Source of the DNA: Actinomycetota bacterium
GTDB taxonomy: Bacteria > Actinomycetota > AC-67
NCBI GenBank assembly: GCA_036397035.1
Contig: DASWJS010000015.1
Location: 2,105 to 66,104, forward strand
Direction: 5' to 3'
Length of the DNA: 64,000 bases
Below, piece by piece: positions 56,567 through 64,000 of the stretch. Within the stretch, counting starts at the first letter, position 1; each line of letters opens with the position of its first letter. A program made the position numbers and the translations under genes. The notes under the pieces are model-generated. The model was given only the letters and a program-made list of their open reading frames with translations. It made no database searches and had not been told where the DNA came from.

Positions 56567-58549
56567 TTAGTCGATGTCGTGGGTCATGACGATACCGCGC
56601 CCCTCGCAGTTGGGGCACGGTTCGCTGAACGCGTCGAGCAGCCCTTCCGAGACCTTCTTCCGCGTCATCTCGACCAGGCCCAGGTTCGAGACCTCGAACA
56701 CCTGGCTGCGGGTCTTGTCCCGGGACAGCGCCCGCTTCAGCGAGCGCAGCAGCTCCTTCTGGTGGTTGGTGTCGATCATGTCGATGAAGTCGATGACGAT
56801 GATGCCGCCGATGTCGCGCAGGCGAAGCTGCCGGGCCACCTCGTCGGCCGCCTCCAGGTTGTTCTGGAACACGGTCTCCTCGAGGTTCGTGCCCTTGCCG
56901 GTGAACTTGCCGGTGTTGACGTCGATGACCGTCAAGGCCTCCGTGCGCTCGATGATGATCGAGCCGCCGCTGGGCAACCACACCTTGCGTTCGAGCGCCT
57001 TGTGGAGCTGCTCGGTCACGCGGTGCTCCTCGAAGATCGGCAGCGCGCCCTCGTGCAGCTCGACCTTGTCGATCAGCTCGGGCGCGGTCTCCTTCAGGTA
57101 GCCGCGGATGTCCTCGTAGACCCGCCGGGCGTCGACGATCACCTTGCCGAACCCGCCGGAGAAGATGTCGCGGACGACCTTCATCGTCAGCTCCGGCTCT
57201 TCGTAGAGCGGGTGCGGGGCCTTCGCCTTCTTCGCCGTCTTGCGGGTCTCCTCCCAGATCTTCAGCAGGTTGTTGAGGTCGCGTTCGAGCGCCTCCTTCG
57301 ACGCGCCGTCGGCGGCGGTGCGGATGATCACGCCGTGGCCGGCCGGGCGAATGTCGCGAAGGATCTGGCGGAGCCGTGCGCGCTCGTTCTCCGCGAGCCG
57401 CCGCGAGATCCCGGTCAGGTCCTGCTCGGGCGCCAGGACCAGGAAGCGGCCGGCGATCGAGAGCTGCGTCGTGAGGCGCGCGCCCTTGCTGCCGATCGGG
57501 TCCTTCGTCACCTGGACCATGAGGGACTGCCCCTGCTTCAGCACGTGCTCGATGCGGTGCGAGCGGTCGCCTTCCAGGTCCTCCGGCGAGTAGTTGACCT
57601 CGCCGGCGTAGAGCACGCCGTTGCGGCCACGACCGAAGTCGATGAACGCCGCCTCCATGCCCGGCAGGACGTTCTGAACGCGCCCGAGGTAGATGTTGCC
57701 GGCCATGGACGTGCGCTGGCCGGCGCGCGCCACGAAGTGCTCGATCAGATCGCCCTCTTCCATCACCGCGATCTGCGTGCGGTCCTCGTGGCTGTGGACG
57801 AGCATCACCTTCTCGCCGCCGCGGAGCGCAGCCGCCTCTTCCTCGGTCAGCCGCTTGCGCGGGCGCCGGCCCCGCTGCTGGCTGCGCAGTTGCCGGGCCG
57901 CCAGCCTGGTCGAGGCGGGCGCGGCGCGGCCGGTCTTCTTCGCCGGCTTCTCAGCTTTGTCGGGAGGCGCCGCTTCGCCGTCGGCGGCGGGCTTCGCGGC
58001 TCCGCCGCTTCGGCTCCTGCCGCGTCCGCCGCGCGAGCCGCGCCGCTTCCGCGCTGCGGCCGGCTTTGCCTCGCCGTTCGCCGCTGCTTCGGTCGCGGCT
58101 CCTTCGGTCGCGGCGGCTTGGGCCGGCGGCGCCCCGTCTTCTGCGGGCGCGCTCGCCTTCGAGGCGCCGGCCGGCGTGGTGCGCGCGCGCGGCGTCGCGC
58201 TCCGCGAACGGCTCGGCGACGGCGAGCGTGCGGCCGTGGTCTTCTTCGCGGCCGGCTCGGCCTCCGTACCGGACTCGCTCGCCGGGGTTGCGGTCGTGGT
58301 GCCGGGCTTGCGGTGCCGCCGCCCGCCGCGCTTGCCGCGCCGCCGGCGCGGGCGCGGCGTCCCGTCGGCCGCGGATTCGCCGGCCGCGGATTCGCCGGCC
58401 GCCGGCCCCTGCCCACTGGGCGCCCGCGGCGCACCGGGCGCCCGCGGGGGGTTGGGCGCCGCTTGCGGCGTGCTCTCGCCCTGATCGGGATCCTTCGGTT
58501 TCGCGCTGGATCGAGTCTCCTGCGCGCCGTCTTTGCTTTCTTCGCTCAC
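56567..58549 (-). CDS. rne: RNase E/G family ribonuclease with disordered N-terminal extension
   Basis: GNIYLGRVQNVLPGMEAAF S1 domain, IDVNTG, GGIIVIDFIDM, CPNCEGRG. Confidence 0.95.
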   Translation of the reverse strand: MSEESKDGAQETRSSAKPKDPDQGESTPQAAPNPPRAPGAPRAPSGQGPAAGESAAGESAADGTPRPRRRRGKRGGRRHRKPGTTTATPASESGTEAEPAAKKTTAARSPSPSRSRSATPRARTTPAGASKASAPAEDGAPPAQAAATEGAATEAAANGEAKPAAARKRRGSRGGRGRSRSGGAAKPAADGEAAPPDKAEKPAKKTGRAAPASTRLAARQLRSQQRGRRPRKRLTEEEAAALRGGEKVMLVHSHEDRTQIAVMEEGDLIEHFVARAGQRTSMAGNIYLGRVQNVLPGMEAAFIDFGRGRNGVLYAGEVNYSPEDLEGDRSHRIEHVLKQGQSLMVQVTKDPIGSKGARLTTQLSIAGRFLVLAPEQDLTGISRRLAENERARLRQILRDIRPAGHGVIIRTAADGASKEALERDLNNLLKIWEETRKTAKKAKAPHPLYEEPELTMKVVRDIFSGGFGKVIVDARRVYEDIRGYLKETAPELIDKVELHEGALPIFEEHRVTEQLHKALERKVWLPSGGSIIIERTEALTVIDVNTGKFTGKGTNLEETVFQNNLEAADEVARQLRLRDIGGIIVIDFIDMIDTNHQKELLRSLKRALSRDKTRSQVFEVSNLGLVEMTRKKVSEGLLDAFSEPCPNCEGRGIVMTHDID

Positions 58550-58568
58550 GTCGTTCCTTTCCCGCGCC

Positions 58569-59741
58569 TCATACGAACCGGCGCATGTGTACGTTGAGGA
58601 GGATCCCCGTCGCTGCGTACGTCGTCACCAGCGACGAGCCGCCGAAGGAGACGAACGGCAGCGGGATCCCCGTGATCGGCGACACGCCGATCGTCATGCC
58701 GATGTTGATGAACATCTGGAACGCGATCATCGCCACCACGCCGGAGGCGAGCAGCGTTCCGAACAGGTCCTTGCTGAGCACCGCGATCCGGACCGCGCGC
58801 CATAGGAAGACGGCGAACAGACCGAGCAGCAGCGTGGCGCCGACGAACCCCAGCTCCTCGCCGACGGCGACGAAGATGAAGTCCGTGTGCACCTCGGGGA
58901 CGAAGTCCAGGTTGGTCTGCGTCCCCGCGAACAGCCCCGTGCCGGTCATCCCTCCCGAGCCGACGCCGATGCGGGCTTGGTTGAGGTTGTAGCCGGTGCG
59001 ATCCAGGTCCTGGCCGGGATCCAGGAACGCCGTCAGGCGGGCCACCTGGTACTCCTGCAGCAGGCCGAGGTTCAGGACGGCCACGGTTCCCGCGACGCCC
59101 AGCGCGAGCATCACGACCAGCACCCGCAGCCTCGTGCCGGCCACGACGAGCGCCGCGACGGCCACGACGATCAGGACCAGCAGCGTCCCCAAGTCCGGCT
59201 GGACGTAGATGAGCGCCGCCGGCGCGCCGGCGATCGCCACCGTCTTGAGCGCGTCGATCCACGTCGGCTCGCTCCGTCGCTCGGACAGCACCAGGGCGAG
59301 CACGGCGATCACACCCAGCTTCATGAACTCCGCCGGCTGCATCTGGAAGAAGCCGAAGCTGATCCACCGCTGGGCACCCGCAACGCGAGACCCGATCCCG
59401 GGAACCAGGACCAGCCCGAGCGTCGCCAAGCCTCCGACGTAGAGCAGCGGTCCCCACGCCTTCAGCCGCCGGTAGCTGAAGGTCGCCGCGACGACCATCA
59501 CGCCGAACCCCACCGCGCTGAAGACGAGCTGCCGCTGGAACAGGAAGTCCTCCGGCAGACCCTGGTCGCGAAGGCGCGCCGAGGACGCGGACCACACCAT
59601 GACGCTGCCGAACGCGGTCAGGAGGAAGGCCGTCGCCAGCAGGATCGGGTCGAGGTGCCGGATGGGCGCCTTGGACGACAGGTACGTCCCGACGCGCTCG
59701 CGCCCGATTCGATCGACCCGTCCGGCCGCGCCCTCGAGCAT
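58569..59741 (-). CDS. rodA: Rod shape-determining protein RodA (SEDS)
   Basis: MQPAEFMK, QPDLGT, PEVHTDFIF, GIPLPFVSFGGSS. Confidence 0.95.
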   Translation of the reverse strand: MLEGAAGRVDRIGRERVGTYLSSKAPIRHLDPILLATAFLLTAFGSVMVWSASSARLRDQGLPEDFLFQRQLVFSAVGFGVMVVAATFSYRRLKAWGPLLYVGGLATLGLVLVPGIGSRVAGAQRWISFGFFQMQPAEFMKLGVIAVLALVLSERRSEPTWIDALKTVAIAGAPAALIYVQPDLGTLLVLIVVAVAALVVAGTRLRVLVVMLALGVAGTVAVLNLGLLQEYQVARLTAFLDPGQDLDRTGYNLNQARIGVGSGGMTGTGLFAGTQTNLDFVPEVHTDFIFVAVGEELGFVGATLLLGLFAVFLWRAVRIAVLSKDLFGTLLASGVVAMIAFQMFINIGMTIGVSPITGIPLPFVSFGGSSLVTTYAATGILLNVHMRRFV

Positions 59742-61723
59742 CAGTCACTCACCGCCGTCCCGTAGACGATCGGCAGGGGCGGGCGACCGAACAGCTCGTC
59801 CATGATCCGGCGGACGACCGGCCCGGCGACCTGGCTTCCGAACCCGCCCTCCTCCACCATCGCGACGACCGCGTACTTGGGCCGGTTCAGCGGCGCGTAC
59901 GAGGCGAACCAGGAGAAGGGCTGGCGCCCGACGATCTCCGCCGAGCCGGTCTTGGCCGCGACGGGGATCCGGGAGAACGGCCAGCCGCGATAGGGGTACA
60001 AGCCGGTCCCCCGCTCCGCGACGGCGCCCAGCGCGCGGTTCACGTAGGACACCGCGCTCGCGTCGGCCTTGATCCTGCCCTTCGGGGCGGGCTCGATCTT
60101 CTTGACCCGCTTCCCGCCCGGCTCCGCGATCTCCGCGACCACGTGCGGGGTCACGACCGTCCCGCCGTTGGCGACGGCGGCATAGGCCACCGCCATCTGC
60201 AGCGGGCTCGCCTCCACCTCGCCCTGGCCGATCGACATGTTCACCGCGTCGCCGCCTCGCCAGCGCCACCCGTCGTTGCACAGGTCGACGAAGAGCGGGT
60301 CTTGTGTTCGCCTGGCCGTGTCGCAGTACTCGTCCTCGTTGGCCTCCCACGTCGAGCGCTTCGAGGCCCGGTCGGGAATGCGGCCGGGACTCTCGGCCGG
60401 CAAGTCGATGCCGGTCGGCGACCCGAGCCCGAACCGCCGCGCCCAGTCCTGCATGGTCTCGTAGACCTGCTTGCCCGCGCTCGCCTGCGCCTCCTCGCGC
60501 AGCCACCAGTCGCGCGCGAGGGTGTAGTAAACGGTGTCGCACGACTCGACGAGCGACTGCTCGAGCGTGATCGAGGCGTCGCGCGGCTGCCAGTTGCGGA
60601 AGATCCGGTCGCCGAACTCGAACTCGGTCTTGCACGGGAAGAGCCGGCCTGGCGAGGCGTCCCCCTGCTCGAGCGCCGCCGTGGCAAGGACCGGCTTGAA
60701 CGTCGAGCCCGGCGGGTAGGTCGCCTGGATCGTGCGGTTCAACAACGGGTTGTCGGCGCCGGGGTCGTTCAGGCGCTCCCAGTAGCCGGCGTCGACCCCG
60801 CCGACGAAGCGCCGCAGGTCGAAGGTGGGGAAGCTCGCCATCGCGATCACGTCGCCGGTTTCCACGTCGATCACGACGGCCGCGCCGGCCGGCGCGCGGA
60901 AGCGCGCGCCCGTCGCGTGGAACGTCTGCGTGCGCGCGCTGGCGATGCCCTGCGCGAGCGCCTGCTCGGCAACGCGCTGCACGTCGAGGTCGATCGTGAG
61001 CCGCACGTCCGCCCCCGGGACCGTCTGCCTCCCGCCGAGACGCCGCAACACGGTCCCGGTCGCGTCGACCTCAAGTTTGTCCAAGCCGGGCTGGCCGCGC
61101 AGGAACCGCTCGTAGACCGACTCGACGCCGGTCTTGCCGATCGAGTCCCCGAGCCGGTAGCGCTCGCCGAGGCGGTCGAGGTCGGCTTCGCTCGTCTCGG
61201 CGACGTAGCCCAGGATGTGCGAGGCGAGCCGCCCGTGCGGGTAGCGCCGGACCGGGATCGAGACGCTCTCCACGCCCTGGAAGTCGGTGTGCGCGCGCTC
61301 GCGCACGGCGAACACGACGTCGAGCGGCACGTCGTCTGCGATCACGACCGGCTTGTAGGGAGATGTCCGCACGTCCGCGAGGCGCTCGTCGATGAACTTC
61401 ACCGTGACGCCGAGCAGCTTCGCCAGCCGCTCCTTCACCGCTCGCGCGTCGCGCCGGTCGTCGGGCAGGTCGTCGGCGCGGATCCCGATCGCGAGCGCCG
61501 TGCGGTTGCGCACCAGCACCCGCCCCTTTCGGTCGAGGATCCGTCCGCGCGGCGCCTCGACCGACACGATGCGCACGCTGTTGTTGCGCGCCGCCGCGGC
61601 GAACTCCTGGCCTGCGAGCACCTGCAGGAACCACAGCCGCGTCAAAAGGACGGCGAAGAGCATCGCGATCACGAGCGAGACCGCGATCATGCGGAGCCGG
61701 ATGCGATCGTCGATCCCGCTCAC
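59741..61723 (-). CDS. mrdA: Penicillin-binding protein 2
   Basis: APRGRILDR, PGSTFK (SxxK), SCD, KTGS; GTG 61723. Confidence 0.95.
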   Translation of the reverse strand: MSGIDDRIRLRMIAVSLVIAMLFAVLLTRLWFLQVLAGQEFAAAARNNSVRIVSVEAPRGRILDRKGRVLVRNRTALAIGIRADDLPDDRRDARAVKERLAKLLGVTVKFIDERLADVRTSPYKPVVIADDVPLDVVFAVRERAHTDFQGVESVSIPVRRYPHGRLASHILGYVAETSEADLDRLGERYRLGDSIGKTGVESVYERFLRGQPGLDKLEVDATGTVLRRLGGRQTVPGADVRLTIDLDVQRVAEQALAQGIASARTQTFHATGARFRAPAGAAVVIDVETGDVIAMASFPTFDLRRFVGGVDAGYWERLNDPGADNPLLNRTIQATYPPGSTFKPVLATAALEQGDASPGRLFPCKTEFEFGDRIFRNWQPRDASITLEQSLVESCDTVYYTLARDWWLREEAQASAGKQVYETMQDWARRFGLGSPTGIDLPAESPGRIPDRASKRSTWEANEDEYCDTARRTQDPLFVDLCNDGWRWRGGDAVNMSIGQGEVEASPLQMAVAYAAVANGGTVVTPHVVAEIAEPGGKRVKKIEPAPKGRIKADASAVSYVNRALGAVAERGTGLYPYRGWPFSRIPVAAKTGSAEIVGRQPFSWFASYAPLNRPKYAVVAMVEEGGFGSQVAGPVVRRIMDELFGRPPLPIVYGTAVSD

Positions 61724-62235
61724 GACGGCAGCACCTCCTCCGACCGCGGTCCCAGCTTGCCCCCGACCGTTCGAAGCACCGGGTACAGGAAGGGCGTCAA
61801 CAGGGCGTTGTAGACCGACGCGAGCGCCGCATGGCGCAAGATGCGCACCATCGGCAACGAAGTCTGGCCGAGCAGAATGCTGAAGCCCCCGTAGAACAGG
61901 ACCGCGAAGAACGTCGCCGCGGTCACCATCGCGATCGGCATCCACGCCGTCGGGGTCTGGAACAGCACGCGCATCCGCCCGACGACGTAGCCCGTGAGCG
62001 TCAGCGTCAACGCGCCGACGCCCCGCGGCAAACCAAGGATCAGGTCCGAGGCGAGGCCCGCGACGAAGCCGGCCATCGCCCCCGTCGAGGGTCCCTGCGT
62101 CAGCGCGACCCCGACCGTGATCAGCACCATCAGCTCCGACTTGGTCCCCGTCAGCGTCAGCTCGCCGAAGACCGACGTCTCCAGGGCGAGCCCGGTGATC
62201 ACCAGCATCGCCAGCAGCACGACCCGCTTGATCAT
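61720..62235 (-). CDS. mreD: Rod shape-determining protein MreD
   Basis: Hydrophobic protein with GFVAGLASDLI; between mreC and mrdA. Confidence 0.88.
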   Translation of the reverse strand: MIKRVVLLAMLVITGLALETSVFGELTLTGTKSELMVLITVGVALTQGPSTGAMAGFVAGLASDLILGLPRGVGALTLTLTGYVVGRMRVLFQTPTAWMPIAMVTAATFFAVLFYGGFSILLGQTSLPMVRILRHAALASVYNALLTPFLYPVLRTVGGKLGPRSEEVLPS

Positions 62236-63086
62236 CGGCCGGCCTCCGCGTCGCGCTTCTCGCCGACGACCAGCAGCACGTAGTCCAGGCGCGAGAAGTC
62301 GACGACCGGCTCGACCGTCACCACGCGCGACAGGTTCGACCCGGCGGGCGGCGCGTCGGTCACGGTGCCGATCACGATCCCGGACGGGTACAAGCCCCGG
62401 TCGTAGCCGCTCGTGACGACCCGGTCGCCGGGCGAGACCGCGGTCAAGGGATCGAGCAGCTCGAACCGGAGCCGCCCGGTCCCGGCGCCGTCCACCACGC
62501 CCGCCTTTCCGTTGGTCGCGAGCCGCGCCGCCACGGCGCTCGAGCGGTCGGTGATCAGCAGGACGCGGGCCGAGTCGCGGCTGACGCTCACGACGCGCCC
62601 GACGAGGCCCTCGCCGGCCACGACCGGCATGTCCACCGCGACGCCCGCGGCGCTCCCCCCGCCGATGATGATCGAGCGCTCGAAGTTGGACTGGCTGACC
62701 CCGATCACCTGGACGGCCTTGGTCTTGAAGTTGTTGCGTTGCGCCAGGGCGAGCAGTTGCCGCAAGCTCTCGTTCTCCCGCGTCACGTCCTCGACCTGCT
62801 GCAGCTCTGCCTGCAAGTTCGCGTTGGCGCGCTCGAGGTCGATGATGCGCTGCTGGAGCGAGGGCACCCGGGTGAACCCCGCGAAGAACGACCCGACCGG
62901 ACGGAACACCGTGACCAGCCCGCGCTGCACCGGCGCCAGGACGGTCATCACCCCCCGGCCGATCTTGTCGAGCGGCCCGTCGTTGCCGCCGGCTCGAAAG
63001 TCGAGCGTGATGATGGTGATGGACGCCAGGACGAGCGCGGCCAGCAGCAGCCTGCGCCGCCTGGTGCGATCGAACATTCTGATCAT
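62232..63086 (-). CDS. mreC: Rod shape-determining protein MreC
   Basis: TM plus coiled coil (RENESLRQLL), GLVGRV, VVTSG, YPSGIVIG. Confidence 0.94.
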   Translation of the reverse strand: MIRMFDRTRRRRLLLAALVLASITIITLDFRAGGNDGPLDKIGRGVMTVLAPVQRGLVTVFRPVGSFFAGFTRVPSLQQRIIDLERANANLQAELQQVEDVTRENESLRQLLALAQRNNFKTKAVQVIGVSQSNFERSIIIGGGSAAGVAVDMPVVAGEGLVGRVVSVSRDSARVLLITDRSSAVAARLATNGKAGVVDGAGTGRLRFELLDPLTAVSPGDRVVTSGYDRGLYPSGIVIGTVTDAPPAGSNLSRVVTVEPVVDFSRLDYVLLVVGEKRDAEAGR

Positions 63087-63238
63087 CGCCCGGGCCGGCC
63101 CGAAGGCCGTCCCTCAAAACCTCCTTCCCGGAAGGCCGCGCGTTGCGCGATCCTTCCGTCGGGCCTCCCGCGCGCCGCCTTCAGCGCGCGCGGTCCGCCC
63201 GAAGTCTCACGGGCGCGAGCAGCAAGCTGCCGCCGCGC

Positions 63239-64000
<762 letters not shown>

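Noticed and set aside
339-61813. Many very long track ORFs (e.g. 339-2492, 5484-9431, 15999-20228, 27317-30124, 34337-37537 upstream part, 56579-58597)
   Set aside because: They are antisense or alternate-frame shadows of recognisable genes in very high-GC DNA, with Arg/Ala/Gly/Pro-rich translations and no motifs

Overview
High-GC actinobacterial chromosome segment. MreBCD/PBP2/RodA together with a BldD orthologue suggests a rod-shaped, non-mycelial lineage such as Acidimicrobiia or a similar class (inference). The backbone is a conserved housekeeping order, mostly on the minus strand: mreB-mreC-mreD-mrdA-rodA-rne-rplU-rpmA-obgE-proB-proA ... nadD-LCP-rsfS ... tRNA-Ala-leuS-comEA-comEC-holA-rpsT-lepA-hemW-hrcA-dnaJ-rsmE-bldD-HIT-phoH-ybeY. 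The main accessory region starts at tRNA-Ala(GGC) (20243-20315). It is a ~5.6 kb, visibly more AT-rich island bounded by a 19-bp direct repeat of the tRNA 3' end (20302-20320 / 25903-25921). The island holds a 5'-deleted large serine recombinase fused back-to-back with the tail of another gene. It also carries a promoter-led, co-directional cargo run: membrane protein, orphan YidD-like, DUF4177-like, two hypotheticals (one with a Zn ribbon) and a SIR2-like DUF4917 protein. This run is the best candidate here for an undescribed system. To its right lie two convergent RHH/PIN toxin-antitoxin loci with visible promoters and operators, secreted enzymes, and three gene wrecks (ABC exporter tail, MOSC, HD-LuxR). 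Other points: BldD with an intact c-di-GMP motif and a candidate self-box, a CIRCE overlapping the hemW stop, tandem secreted zinc-metalloprotease paralogues between comEC and holA, a cystathionine beta-synthase with an extra ~99-aa N-terminal segment, tandem cupredoxin lipoproteins, and many apparently leaderless genes. No CRISPR array or rRNA was seen. All family calls come from motif recognition by eye; no database search was run.
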